64,000 nucleotides of DNA from IMG/VR virus record IMGVR_UViG_3300036399_001951, positions 32,001 through 96,000 of that record; one strand, written 5' to 3'. The DNA comes from a virus. The notes under the pieces are model-generated. The model searched no databases. It saw only the letters and a program-made list of their open reading frames with translations, and had not been told where the DNA came from. Each line of letters starts with the position of its first letter. Position 1 is the first letter of the stretch. The translations under genes and the position numbers were made by a program. Positions 10,120 through 26,593 of the stretch are shown here, piece after piece.

Positions 10120-12279
10120 ATGTCTAAAACTACAATAAAATTATTGATTGACCCTGAGAAAAATTCCTTAACCTTTAGTAAGAATTTTAGAATTTTTAAA
10201 ACCTCAGAATCTATTTGTGATATTTCTTCTCTTACTGATTATGTAGAAGATATCATAATCAGCTCACCTAGTGCAGTCGACTTAAATTACCTAAGAAGAT
10301 ATTTAAGATACTCTAGAAATTCACTAGACTGGTCCCTATGGTATGAGGTGGAGCCTGGTGATATTGGAGAGGCTGCGAATATCATATTTGAAGACGGATC
10401 TGACTTTTATTTTGAGATTAAGTATGAATATGATGACGGAACAACCGATGAATTAGGTTCAATCATCGAAATCAATGAAATAAAATTAAGATTCCTAAAT
10501 TCAGTTACTGCAAGCACACAAAATACATTTGCTCCGGTTGTGATATGTTCAGATGAAAGATGTAGCACTATTATAAATAATGCTGATCCAAAATTTAGAC
10601 CCTATCAAGTAGATAGTGCAGTTAATATGTTTAAAGAACTCTCTTTCTATACCAACAAGGTATATGGACATGAAGTGGTTTATTTTAGAACGTTACCTGA
10701 ATCCGATAGCGGAGACTATATTTTTAAAGAGTGGACCCTCTATAAAAATGTGGATCGTAAATGCATTAAAGTTATGGTACCTGGAAATAAGTTTCCTTCC
10801 ATGGATCCTAAATTTTCTGAATTTGAATTAGAATTTCAATTACCTTTTGAGATCCACATAGATCATAGATATTTTCAATCTATTTTTGGAAAAGCATCTC
10901 AGCCTAGACATCGAGACTTTTTATATTTTCCTCTCCTGAATAGAATGTATGAAGTACAAGGATCCTATATAAACAGATCCTCTATTATGATGACTCCTGT
11001 GTTTTGGAAAATAAGCCTTAAGAAGTACAATCCAAATATTGATATGCTGCTTACTGATGATACTAGACATTTCTTGGATAATGTTATACAGTCAGCTGAG
11101 GAATTATTTAGAGAAGAAGTCGAGGCAGATATCAAAGATGGAACTATGCCACAACAGTATCAAGTCATCAGCCGAAGATTTGATTCGTCTAGAAACTCAA
11201 TTCATCCTGAATTAAGATTGAGGCCTTTAAAATATACATTCAATCATAATAGTTTAATTGAAAATTACTACGACCTCTCCTCTATTAGTCCAACTGATGC
11301 CACGTATAGGCTCACTACAGGCTCACCGACGGTTGCATCTGATGTCAACCTAGTAAGTCTCCCTAGCTTAAATCCAGGGGACCCTGGTAGTTATAACACG
11401 GTACTTGCTTATCAGAGCTCTGATCCATTTATTAGTTGGAGAAATAATTTCCTTATCACAACTGATAAGAATGTAAGTGGAAATAACTTTAAATTTATTC
11501 GGGTACGGGGTCCGATTGATACAATACCTAATCATGTAGGCCAATCCGAATCTGGCAGATATATTAGAATTGAAGCCTACTCGGATCTTTCATTTAAGAA
11601 GCAGCGTCCTATTATGACTACATTTGATGAAAATGGAAACCCAGTAGTTAAATTTAAAGTAAGAGAGCCTTCTGTAATTTATAACGCGGAGCCGCAGTTT
11701 AATCTGACTGACTTGAGTAATATTTCTTTTACCGCTCTGTTTAATGTTAATTCAAGCGCAGACATATTGCAATTTATAAATGGATGGGACAACGAAACAG
11801 GAGCTGGAATCAGAATATCTGGACAGTTTATAAGATACATTGGAACTGAACCAGAAGGGGATCTGAATATATTAGTAGAAATAAACGGATTCCAAAAGCA
11901 ATTCTCGGTCAATAATTTTGTATCTGGAGAATGGCATGCACTTGTGATCTCAGTATCTAATGAATTTAAGCAAATTGGAGGATTTATATATTCAATCAAG
12001 GAGGATCCAGCAGATATTATGAATCATACTGATTTTGTTCAAGTATTAAATTCACAGGGAGACTTTCAACCACAAGAATTTAATTTAATAGACCAAAAAT
12101 ACTATATACCTTCTTCTAACATGTTAATAAGTAATATCAGATTATTCAATACTATGTTAAAGGAGGATGAGCATGATTTTATATTGAGTCAACAATACAT
12201 AAAAGATGAATCAAAATTATTAATTATTGATAATTGTAAACCTCAATTAAATCTTCCTTATATCAGTAAAAATAGATAA
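10120..12279 (+). CDS. Neck protein (T4 gp14-like) with a C-terminal LamG/ConA-like domain
   Basis: YGHEVVYF...FEIHID...P..RDFLYFPLLNRMYEV resembles gp14-type head closure proteins; C-terminal GEWHALVISVS...ISNIRLFN; sits upstream of a gp15-like gene. Confidence 0.55.
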   Translation: MSKTTIKLLIDPEKNSLTFSKNFRIFKTSESICDISSLTDYVEDIIISSPSAVDLNYLRRYLRYSRNSLDWSLWYEVEPGDIGEAANIIFEDGSDFYFEIKYEYDDGTTDELGSIIEINEIKLRFLNSVTASTQNTFAPVVICSDERCSTIINNADPKFRPYQVDSAVNMFKELSFYTNKVYGHEVVYFRTLPESDSGDYIFKEWTLYKNVDRKCIKVMVPGNKFPSMDPKFSEFELEFQLPFEIHIDHRYFQSIFGKASQPRHRDFLYFPLLNRMYEVQGSYINRSSIMMTPVFWKISLKKYNPNIDMLLTDDTRHFLDNVIQSAEELFREEVEADIKDGTMPQQYQVISRRFDSSRNSIHPELRLRPLKYTFNHNSLIENYYDLSSISPTDATYRLTTGSPTVASDVNLVSLPSLNPGDPGSYNTVLAYQSSDPFISWRNNFLITTDKNVSGNNFKFIRVRGPIDTIPNHVGQSESGRYIRIEAYSDLSFKKQRPIMTTFDENGNPVVKFKVREPSVIYNAEPQFNLTDLSNISFTALFNVNSSADILQFINGWDNETGAGIRISGQFIRYIGTEPEGDLNILVEINGFQKQFSVNNFVSGEWHALVISVSNEFKQIGGFIYSIKEDPADIMNHTDFVQVLNSQGDFQPQEFNLIDQKYYIPSSNMLISNIRLFNTMLKEDEHDFILSQQYIKDESKLLIIDNCKPQLNLPYISKNR

Positions 12280-12284
12280 TATAT

Positions 12285-13070
12285 ATGAAATCATCAAATC
12301 ACGAAAACATTCAGAATCAAAACACGCAGGATATCTTCTTAAGAAATGCCACTCTTTCCCTATTAGATCTACTTAATCGAGAAATAATAATTGATATGGT
12401 AAGAGAAGGCAAGATAGAGAAGCATGAAATACCTTTCTTCTATAATTTTGCAGGTAGTCAGGGATTTATGAGAGACTTTTTCACGGAGGTACCCGACGAT
12501 TGTAAGTATCCTGATTTTGCAGAAGGAAACTACGACATAGTTCCTCGAGGAATAGTTACTCTAAATAGTTTTCAGATAAAATCAACTGATATTACTAATA
12601 AATTTGTTAGGGGTACTTTTACTCAAGAAGATAGAAATGAGAATGATCAAAAGGTAATGAAAGCCTATTCTTCTAGGCTCTTTAGTTTACCAATGTCTTT
12701 AAAATTTGACATTAAAATTAAGGCGGATAATTTAAATAAAACCTTTAAAATTATAGAAAAAATATTTGATTATTACTATAAAAATAGAGTGCTCTATTTT
12801 CAATACCGAGGAATTAGAATTCCAGCCCAAATTACATTCCCAGAAACTATATCCAATGATAAGAAGTATAGCTTTACTTATGCAGATGATACCTATGTTA
12901 CTATGACTTTTTCAATTGACATGGAAACCTATTATCCTAGCTTTGAGGATTCTTCTACTAGACCTAAAGGAAATGTAATTAGACAATTCGGTTCATATCA
13001 GAAACTAAATGGAACTGGCACTATAATTAATGGTGATTGGATTGATTCTGATTTCCCACCTAGTGAATAA
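12285..13070 (+). CDS. Tail sheath stabiliser / tail terminator (T4 gp15-like)
   Basis: IPFFY...VPRGIVTL...PMSLKFDIKI...TFKIIEKI pattern and position after the neck gene. Confidence 0.55.
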   Translation: MKSSNHENIQNQNTQDIFLRNATLSLLDLLNREIIIDMVREGKIEKHEIPFFYNFAGSQGFMRDFFTEVPDDCKYPDFAEGNYDIVPRGIVTLNSFQIKSTDITNKFVRGTFTQEDRNENDQKVMKAYSSRLFSLPMSLKFDIKIKADNLNKTFKIIEKIFDYYYKNRVLYFQYRGIRIPAQITFPETISNDKKYSFTYADDTYVTMTFSIDMETYYPSFEDSSTRPKGNVIRQFGSYQKLNGTGTIINGDWIDSDFPPSE

Positions 13071-13113
13071 TCTGAAAAAATTTTAATAAATAAATAAAAA
13101 TAAGAGACGCTAA

Positions 13114-15555
<2,442 letters not shown>

Positions 15556-15562
15556 TGCAAAT

Positions 15563-15889
15563 ATGTGGAATTTTTTTAAGATAGAATTATACGTTAACGA
15601 AGAAGTGGTAAATGCAAATCTATTAACCCCTGATTTCTTTGAGCGACCTGACGATTTAGCAAATAAAGATGAATTGGAAGGAATATACCATTATTTATGT
15701 AGTGAGATGTTACGCAAAGGTTCAGCAACTTTAAATAGTGAAAATTGGAACACTCTAAAGGTATCTCTTATTAGAGAAGGTTCCACAATCTCAGAATTAA
15801 GTATTGATAGATTAGATTTCGATTCACAAGTCAGTTCTTCTTCCATAGGAGAAGCAATATTCAATTTATATACAAATATTACAGTATAA
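15563..15889 (+). CDS. Small hypothetical protein following a fibre gene
   Basis: 108-aa ORF starting 7 bp after the fibre stop. Confidence 0.6.
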   Translation: MWNFFKIELYVNEEVVNANLLTPDFFERPDDLANKDELEGIYHYLCSEMLRKGSATLNSENWNTLKVSLIREGSTISELSIDRLDFDSQVSSSSIGEAIFNLYTNITV

Positions 15890-15943
15890 TCGCATTTGTT
15901 TTATATCTAATCGATTTTAATAAATAATAAAAAACTTTTTTAA

Positions 15944-16621
15944 ATGCCTCTTAATTTTCCAATACCATCATCAATAGGAGAAATTTATATTGGCCCGAGC
16001 GGCAATAAGTGGCAATGGGACGGTAGTATATGGAAAATCATATCATCTACTATTGACGGGCCAACTGGACCAACTGGACCTATCGGTAATACTGGGCCAA
16101 CTGGGCCAACTGAAAAAAAGATAGATTCATTCTATGCATATGACATGGGTACCACTGTAACAGGATTTGTCTGGAACGGTGATACTATGACTGCAGGTTC
16201 AACCATCCAATGGATAAATCAAAGATGGAGAGCTCAAGAATTTAGTGGAACTGCGCCTGCAATACAAGGATGCATGGCTGGAACTACCGTACCTTCATAT
16301 TTTCCGCCTGGATCAAGTATTAAAATTATTATTGTATCATCAGCTGCAGCGGCAAACATTACAGGTGATATAAAACATTTTATAGGTTTAGCGAAACCAA
16401 CTGCTGGTGGTGCATTAGGAACAGACACAGAAACTGAGTGGCAATCTTATGTTTATACTGCAAATGGTAATACATTAACGTCAACTTCTCTTACTTTCTT
16501 AGGAACCGACGTTGATCCTGGAGATCCAGTCGCCGTCCTAATGTATAGGAATTCAAATGATACTCAAGATACATCTACTGGATTATCTTTAATAGTATCG
16601 ATAAGTATAGAAATGGTATAA
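15944..16621 (+). CDS. Short fibre/decoration protein with a brief collagen segment
   Basis: N-terminal NFP...G..Y..P.G..WQWDG..WK module shared with 16933; [18 protein letters not shown]. Confidence 0.7.
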   Translation: MPLNFPIPSSIGEIYIGPSGNKWQWDGSIWKIISSTIDGPTGPTGPIGNTGPTGPTEKKIDSFYAYDMGTTVTGFVWNGDTMTAGSTIQWINQRWRAQEFSGTAPAIQGCMAGTTVPSYFPPGSSIKIIIVSSAAAANITGDIKHFIGLAKPTAGGALGTDTETEWQSYVYTANGNTLTSTSLTFLGTDVDPGDPVAVLMYRNSNDTQDTSTGLSLIVSISIEMV

Positions 16622-16635
16622 AATAAAGAATAAAA

Positions 16636-20408
<3,773 letters not shown>

Positions 20409-20409
<1 letters not shown>

Positions 20410-20996
20410 TGGCAGTAACGACAGTAACAACAGCAATGGCAGGAGCAATCAACTACACTAGGGTAGTCGATTCTTCATCGGACTGGGCATCAGTTCCGAA
20501 TAGTACTTATTTTTATGATAAATCAAATAAACTAGTCTATTTTAAAACCTCAGCTGCTCAGGTTTTACCTATATTTTCTGAATATAATTATGATTATGTT
20601 AGTGTTCCTATCAGTTCGGCTCAAATATTAAGCATGGGAACTTCTCCCATTTCTTTATTAGCCGCACCTGGGGTCGGGTTCTATTATGATATTCCTAAAG
20701 TAATTCTGGAATATACTCACATTTCAACCGCATATACATACCCAGGAGGAGCAAAAAGATTAGGGATCGGATATGCTCAGAGTGCAGTAATAAATGCTGA
20801 TTTATTGTCCGATACAAATAATAGAGTTTGCATTATTGAACCTACTAAACATCAAATTGAAGGTAGTAATACCATTCATAATACTATAGAATTAAATCGA
20901 GCACTTTCATTCAGTACTGATAATTTTTCAGACCCTGCCACTGGGAATGGAACTATACTTGCTAAGATATGGTATAAAATCAGGAGTTTCGGTTAA
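20409..20996 (+). CDS. Fibre-associated hypothetical protein
   Basis: 195-aa ORF coupled to the fibre gene by a TAATG overlap. Confidence 0.65.
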
Positions 20997-21711
20997 ACTC
21001 AGCTAGGAAGATCTCAGAATTATTTCCAACTGGCACGATTGAATATCCAATATTATTCAAGAATTGAAATAACTCAGATCTCAATTTAGACGCAGGTATC
21101 ATGTGCTCTCTAGTTTCTCTCCATTCGTCCCAGCTTTCAAATAAAATAGGAGGCCAATTATTTTTTTCTAGAGTCTTTAATGCTCCTTTAAGAACATGTA
21201 TTTCGTGACCCTCTACGTCAATCTTAATTAGGCCAATATTCTCTATATTTAGATCATCTAATCTCTTTAGAGGCAACTTGAGTGTACCTAATGATGACTC
21301 TTCTCTCTTTTCTCCTAGAAAAGTAAATCCATTTCCTCCGCCGTCTTTAGATCTAACATAATAAGTGGCTTCACCTTCATCAGATGATAATCCGAAACTG
21401 TAGGCTGTTATCTTATGATTTAAATCTTTTAAAAAAATATTTGCACACATACAGTTATAAACCTCCGGGTTACACTCAAAGGAATAAGTATGTTTTGCAT
21501 GAGGAGCAATCGTCCAGCTATAAGTACCAATATGAGCACCGATGTCTACAAAGTTAACTTCTGAATTTATAAAATTATCAATACACCATTGAATATGTCC
21601 CCATTCAGGTATGCCTGAACTGAACATCCAGGCTCCAACATTAGGGTCATTTATAAAAAAGGATTCAGGATCTAATTTAATGAATTGTTTTTTAGGATTT
21701 AGTATATACAT
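20980..21711 (-). CDS. FkbM-family SAM-dependent methyltransferase
   Basis: FVDIGAHIGTYS, SFECNP, LIKIDVEGHEIHVLKGA motifs. Confidence 0.9.
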   Translation of the reverse strand: MYILNPKKQFIKLDPESFFINDPNVGAWMFSSGIPEWGHIQWCIDNFINSEVNFVDIGAHIGTYSWTIAPHAKHTYSFECNPEVYNCMCANIFLKDLNHKITAYSFGLSSDEGEATYYVRSKDGGGNGFTFLGEKREESSLGTLKLPLKRLDDLNIENIGLIKIDVEGHEIHVLKGALKTLEKNNWPPILFESWDEWRETREHMIPASKLRSELFQFLNNIGYSIVPVGNNSEIFLAEFNRNS

Positions 21712-21716
21712 GATTT

Positions 21717-23687
21717 TTATTTTAGATAGAACATTTTATTATAGAAATAGGTAAGAGGGACCCTGATTGATTTTGAGGTACTGTCCCAAGTTGAATAATT
21801 AAATTCTAATTCTTCGTCATTAACTGAATTTATAGAGAGACAATATTCGATCGGTTCTCCTTCAAAAGAGAATGGAGAACTGTGCATCACAGGCTTACCG
21901 TTCTTTTCCATAATTATTAAATAATGAAGATATGTCCTTGGGTTTTCATAGTTAACTGAATGAACTACTATGTATAATAGACCACCTATCTCAATTGCAG
22001 AAGTGGATCCTCTAAAAAAAGAAAATAAGACTGGGACTTCAAATTTTCTAGCCTCACTCATACTTGGATATGAATAGACTGTAACTGGATTCCAACCATA
22101 AATAATTTCATTCTCATTCAAAAATACCCAGTTCTTTTCGCAGCCTGATCCTGTTGGACTATCGAATACCTGATCAACTATAATCTTTTTATTCTCAACA
22201 TCATATATTCCAGAACATATTCTATTTCCTTGATTAGGACTTATAAATTGGGAAGTTGCCAGGAATTTAATCGATCCATCCTCTGCCTTAAATAATCTAA
22301 GATCTTCAATGCCTTCTACTCTTGCACCCTCATGTATTGGAACTCTATATTCTTCTTGCATGATCCATTTTCCATTAAGCAAATTTAGTGTTTTAACGGG
22401 TTCTTTTGCAAGTTCCTCCCAACCCATATGTCTTCCGTCAGATTGATAGTGATATGCTCCATTAGATCGATCTATTTTATAATTAACTAGTCTAATATTA
22501 TGCAAATCTGAATCTATTTTACAATGAGATGAGTTTATAAAACCATCTGGAATTATAGAAGGATCTATTTCTATCGATTCTATCTTAAATCCATCTTTAG
22601 TGAGAGTATTTGCGTAAAACTTTAAATTATTAAATACTGATCCTATTGTATGATTAGCTGGATTATCTGATAGATATGAAATTGATATTCTAGAGCCTAA
22701 ATTTCTAGTAGATGGATTTAAATAATAATATAGGATCGACATCTCATATTCAAATAATTTATTCTCATATAAAGAATAATTCACAAAGAGCCTGTCCTCT
22801 TTAGGATAAGTTATATCTTTTCCAAGATTGTAGAATTTAAGTGCGTCTTGATGTTTTCCAATCTCTCTGAATTTTTTACACATCTCATATAGAGCCTCGG
22901 CTCTTCCTGAATGATATTCATGTCCTTTAATTGCCCATTCTGCGGCTTCATCCAATTTATTTAATTGAGAATAGCAGTTACTAATCATATAGTAACTGTA
23001 CCATACTTCTTCATACCATCCTCCCATTAAAACTCTTCTCTTATAAAATTCGATTGCCTTTTCAAAATTCTGAGTATCTTTATGGGATTGAGCTAAGTAG
23101 AATACATATCTTTCATTATTAGGCTCGTCAATTAATCCCTGCGTTAATAATTTGATGTCACGTTCAAACTTATCTTCCTTGCTTCCACCATCTCCAATAT
23201 CATTAATTAATATCGATTCTAAGAGTTTTCCTCCTACATTACAATTATCCGCAGCTAAATATTCATGAGTAACTCCAACTGATTTCCATCTATATTTAGA
23301 ATTCATTACGCGAATATTAGTGTACTTAATTCCAGGATTTTGTTGAAACACCTCGTAATGAGAATAATTGGTATCTAATTCAGATTTATTAAATCCCTCA
23401 TTAATTAGGACCATATCTGCGTCTATAGTTAAGATCCAATTGCACGAAGATTCTCTAGCTAAATCAAGAGCCTCAGTTCGATTATGGCCGAAGTTCTTCC
23501 ATTCTCGATCGATCACTCTTCCCTTTATTCCGCGATCATTAAAAAATTTAATTATTATTTCTTGGGTTCCATCGGTCGATCCAGTATCTACTATACAATA
23601 TTCATCAATTATTCCCACTGTACTAGCCAAGCATCGCTCAATGACTCTGCTTTCGTTTTTAACGATCATACACAAAACTATTCCCAT
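21717..23687 (-). CDS. GT2 glycosyltransferase with TPRs and a C-terminal beta-propeller-like domain
   Basis: LCMIVKNES, IVDTGSTDGT, NFGHNRTEAL, LTIDADM (DxD), GVTHEY; TPR helices FYLAQSHKD; C-terminal GIEDLRLF, CEKNW. Confidence 0.85.
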   Translation of the reverse strand: MGIVLCMIVKNESRVIERCLASTVGIIDEYCIVDTGSTDGTQEIIIKFFNDRGIKGRVIDREWKNFGHNRTEALDLARESSCNWILTIDADMVLINEGFNKSELDTNYSHYEVFQQNPGIKYTNIRVMNSKYRWKSVGVTHEYLAADNCNVGGKLLESILINDIGDGGSKEDKFERDIKLLTQGLIDEPNNERYVFYLAQSHKDTQNFEKAIEFYKRRVLMGGWYEEVWYSYYMISNCYSQLNKLDEAAEWAIKGHEYHSGRAEALYEMCKKFREIGKHQDALKFYNLGKDITYPKEDRLFVNYSLYENKLFEYEMSILYYYLNPSTRNLGSRISISYLSDNPANHTIGSVFNNLKFYANTLTKDGFKIESIEIDPSIIPDGFINSSHCKIDSDLHNIRLVNYKIDRSNGAYHYQSDGRHMGWEELAKEPVKTLNLLNGKWIMQEEYRVPIHEGARVEGIEDLRLFKAEDGSIKFLATSQFISPNQGNRICSGIYDVENKKIIVDQVFDSPTGSGCEKNWVFLNENEIIYGWNPVTVYSYPSMSEARKFEVPVLFSFFRGSTSAIEIGGLLYIVVHSVNYENPRTYLHYLIIMEKNGKPVMHSSPFSFEGEPIEYCLSINSVNDEELEFNYSTWDSTSKSIRVPLTYFYNKMFYLK

Positions 23688-23731
23688 ACTTATTCCTGTT
23701 TAATTATTATATAAGAATTATCAAAATAGTT

Positions 23732-24280
23732 TTAATCAAAATTAATATCTAGATCAAAATCAAAGTATGCGAATTTAGCAGTAAAAGTACCAAAGTTTGG
23801 AGTATTTGAACTATATGAAAGTTTTAGAGAATCTTGAGATTTAAGAATTGGTTTATTGAATACCACATTAGATACTAAATATCCTTCGTTATTTAACATG
23901 CTTAATGTCATGGGTGAAAGCACTTGATTTTTATTTTCAAAATCTAAGTAATTAAGAGCATTGTCCAAAAAGATCCAATAATTTAGATAAGCATCTGCCA
24001 TTTTAAAGGTTAGAGTAAATTCCCTAGTGAATAGATCTGGGATTGGAGTCGAATTTTTATACTCCTGTCTTTTACCTAATAATCGGGTTTGGGTAACAGG
24101 CTGCATTGACCACCCTGAGAAATCTATTCCCTGTACAGTAGAAGACATAAAATCCTCTATTGTATCATAGGGCAAGATTAGACTTTGATAGTATTTCTTA
24201 TATTTTTCCTTAACCTTTTCTGCAAAAAAATCAGGTGGAAATAGAAAAACAAATCCGTTATTTCTAGCGTTTAAAATCAT
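23732..24280 (-). CDS. Tail completion / tube-like protein (T4 gp3-like)
   Basis: VQGIDFSG...[16 protein letters not shown]...MTLSMLNN...F pattern of the tube fold. Confidence 0.45.
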   Translation of the reverse strand: MILNARNNGFVFLFPPDFFAEKVKEKYKKYYQSLILPYDTIEDFMSSTVQGIDFSGWSMQPVTQTRLLGKRQEYKNSTPIPDLFTREFTLTFKMADAYLNYWIFLDNALNYLDFENKNQVLSPMTLSMLNNEGYLVSNVVFNKPILKSQDSLKLSYSSNTPNFGTFTAKFAYFDFDLDINFD

Positions 24281-24285
24281 TTCTT

Positions 24286-24567
24286 TTATTTTTTATTTTT
24301 CTTAGCCTTTCTAGCTTTAGCTGCTAGATCCTTATCCGCTCCTCCCCAGGTACCAGAAGATTTAGTTGCAAAAGAATTAACTCTAGCCATTGCCCATTGA
24401 TGTTGACCTACTCCAGGACGATGTCCTGTTTTCCATGCAGCAAGTCCTCTATTGTAAACCTGTTTCAAGATTCCCTTTGGAATCCCAGTTTTTTCAGATT
24501 TATTTTTTAAAGCAGTATCTGAATTTGAAGATTCTACTAAGTATTCTAAAAATGTAAAGATTTTCAT
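24286..24567 (-). CDS. Conserved viral protein (DUF5824-like) with N-terminal tag
   Basis: [33 protein letters not shown]. Confidence 0.65.
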   Translation of the reverse strand: MKIFTFLEYLVESSNSDTALKNKSEKTGIPKGILKQVYNRGLAAWKTGHRPGVGQHQWAMARVNSFATKSSGTWGGADKDLAAKARKAKKNKK

Positions 24568-25241
24568 TTTTTATTTAATTGTTTTTTTACTTCCCTTCTA
24601 ACGCTCTCCATCTTTTTAGCGTATGCTGGATTATCGTTTCGATTAAATACTATCTGTTGGTTTAGGCTTCCGGTAATCTTACGCATATCTCCTCCTCTAG
24701 TTCTAATTAACCATTTTGCAAGTTCTTTTACCCCAAGTTTTTTAAATTTTCCATTAGCATCTGGTGCATCTGAATCATGCCAGTCTGGAGAGTTTTTAGT
24801 TTTTCTTTTTTCATCGACTTTTCCTTCGTTCTTACTTTGCCAATTTGCTGAAACTGAATCTTCTTCAATAGGTCCTCCTGCCGCCCAAGTATAGCACGTA
24901 CGAGCAGAGTGACATTTAAAGTGATGCATCCAACAATAACCAAGTTTTCCATCCGGATCTGAAACCTCCCCTGGCATACAATCTTTCATTCTTGGTGAAA
25001 TATCAAAAGCTACACAATTTCCACAATTAGATTGCTTTGCAACCTCAGGTTCAGTATTCCATTTTTTAGCATACTCGTCCCAATATTTTTCGTCATTGAG
25101 GTTTAGTGGTCCATATTTAATATAGTCTGCCTCTATTGCTTCGTTACGATTTTGAGTATTTACCTTTAGATCTTGAGTAGCTAACGGACAAGAGTTCGTA
25201 CCTTGTTCAAGGATTAAATATTCATTAAAATTTAATATCAT
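24564..25241 (-). CDS. Cys/His-rich probable metal-binding protein with N-terminal tag
   Basis: CGNCVAF...GYCWMHHFKCHSARTC. Confidence 0.65.
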   Translation of the reverse strand: MILNFNEYLILEQGTNSCPLATQDLKVNTQNRNEAIEADYIKYGPLNLNDEKYWDEYAKKWNTEPEVAKQSNCGNCVAFDISPRMKDCMPGEVSDPDGKLGYCWMHHFKCHSARTCYTWAAGGPIEEDSVSANWQSKNEGKVDEKRKTKNSPDWHDSDAPDANGKFKKLGVKELAKWLIRTRGGDMRKITGSLNQQIVFNRNDNPAYAKKMESVRREVKKQLNKK

Positions 25242-25798
25242 TTTCCAAACATTTTTTCAAAATTCTTAGTGTGTTTACTCTTTTGAGTTCCCCATCGTTT
25301 ACCTGTTTTTTGATTATAATCAGCTTTCCATTCTCCTTTGGGATCACTTGTGTATGCTGTTGGGTCATCATCATCTTTGTTAGCATGTTTCTTAATCTCG
25401 TTTTTCATTGCTTTAGCATCTTTAGTTAAATATACCGGATTAATCTTTTTTTTTTCAGTTACATATTGAGAATAACTAAGCACCTCGGCCTTTTCATTTA
25501 TTTTATTAGATTCCTCCCTAATAATTAATTCACCTAATACTTCCAATCTACCAACTTCCCTCTGAAATTCTATCTGAGTCATAGAAGTAGATATTTTTTT
25601 ATAAGTTTCATTAAATTCCTTTTTTGCCCCGGCTAAATCAAATTTTCCAGCGGCTGCTTTTTTATAGTAAGGAAGTTTAACTTTAAAATGGTGCCAAGTT
25701 AAAAGGGCAAGTCCTCCCTTTTCCTTTGCATTATTTACAATCTTTTCAGCACCGGCCTCTCTGGTATCTGCAAATGATTTAAATTCATTGTTTTCCAT
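25238..25798 (-). CDS. Hypothetical basic protein
   Basis: 186-aa ORF with overlapping start/stop junctions in the operon. Confidence 0.65.
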   Translation of the reverse strand: MENNEFKSFADTREAGAEKIVNNAKEKGGLALLTWHHFKVKLPYYKKAAAGKFDLAGAKKEFNETYKKISTSMTQIEFQREVGRLEVLGELIIREESNKINEKAEVLSYSQYVTEKKKINPVYLTKDAKAMKNEIKKHANKDDDDPTAYTSDPKGEWKADYNQKTGKRWGTQKSKHTKNFEKMFGK

Positions 25799-26051
25799 TT
25801 TCTTTTATTATTTTTAGGGTCAAATCTCCAGTTCCTTTAATTAACCGATGCCAAACCCCTGATTTAATTTCAATTTCATTAATTATTACCTCAGGCAATT
25901 GATCTTCAATTTGTATCATCCAATCAGTTTCTTTAATTGAGCTTATAATTCTATCTTCTGCATCTCGATGCCAAGTTAGGTCATCTGAATCAGAATCTTC
26001 ATCAAACTCTCGTATAACATAATTATCTATTTCAGTATCAAAATAAATCAT
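25785..26051 (-). CDS. Small cupin-like protein
   Basis: WHRDAEDR...I.SGVWHRLIKG. Confidence 0.55.
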   Translation of the reverse strand: MIYFDTEIDNYVIREFDEDSDSDDLTWHRDAEDRIISSIKETDWMIQIEDQLPEVIINEIEIKSGVWHRLIKGTGDLTLKIIKENGKQ

Positions 26052-26593
26052 TTTTTAATGTTTAGATTTTTAACTATTGATTTTATTTTAGGATCGCTAT
26101 TTTGTATTAATCTCTTTGCAACATTAACTGCCTCTCTTGCAGCTTTAATTCCAACTTCTTTATTTTCATAATTGAATATTACATTATATTCTCCTTTTTT
26201 TCTAGTTTCTCTAGTTCTTCCAAATCCAGTATCATCCCCGGCAAGAGTTTGTAATTCTAAAGCAATGTGCTCAATTATATGTCCCAACCAAGTTCCCCTC
26301 TTAACTCTTGAGAAAAATCCTCCCTTTCTTCCAATTGAACATCTATGATCATCCATCGATGGCAAATATTTCTTAAGGTTATCATAGAAATTAGGGATTT
26401 TATTCGATGGAAATTTTTCCCATTCTCCTAAATCTAAAATCATATGAATTAATTTATCTTTAGAATGATGCCATTTATTTTTACCTTCAATTGTTTTTAT
26501 AGACGTTATTTTTAAATCGCTGATGTTTGGTAAATTGACCTTAGTTTCAGATCTATTCGATTCAAATAAACTATATGCTATTAAATATTTCAT
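26048..26593 (-). CDS. Standalone cyanophycin synthetase N-domain homolog (putative metallohydrolase)
   Basis: HRCSIGRKGGFFSRVKRGTWLGHIIEHIALELQTLAG..GFGRTRET matches the CphA1 N domain; start placed at ATG 26593, which overlaps the upstream stop (TAATG). Confidence 0.85.
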   Translation of the reverse strand: MKYLIAYSLFESNRSETKVNLPNISDLKITSIKTIEGKNKWHHSKDKLIHMILDLGEWEKFPSNKIPNFYDNLKKYLPSMDDHRCSIGRKGGFFSRVKRGTWLGHIIEHIALELQTLAGDDTGFGRTRETRKKGEYNVIFNYENKEVGIKAAREAVNVAKRLIQNSDPKIKSIVKNLNIKK

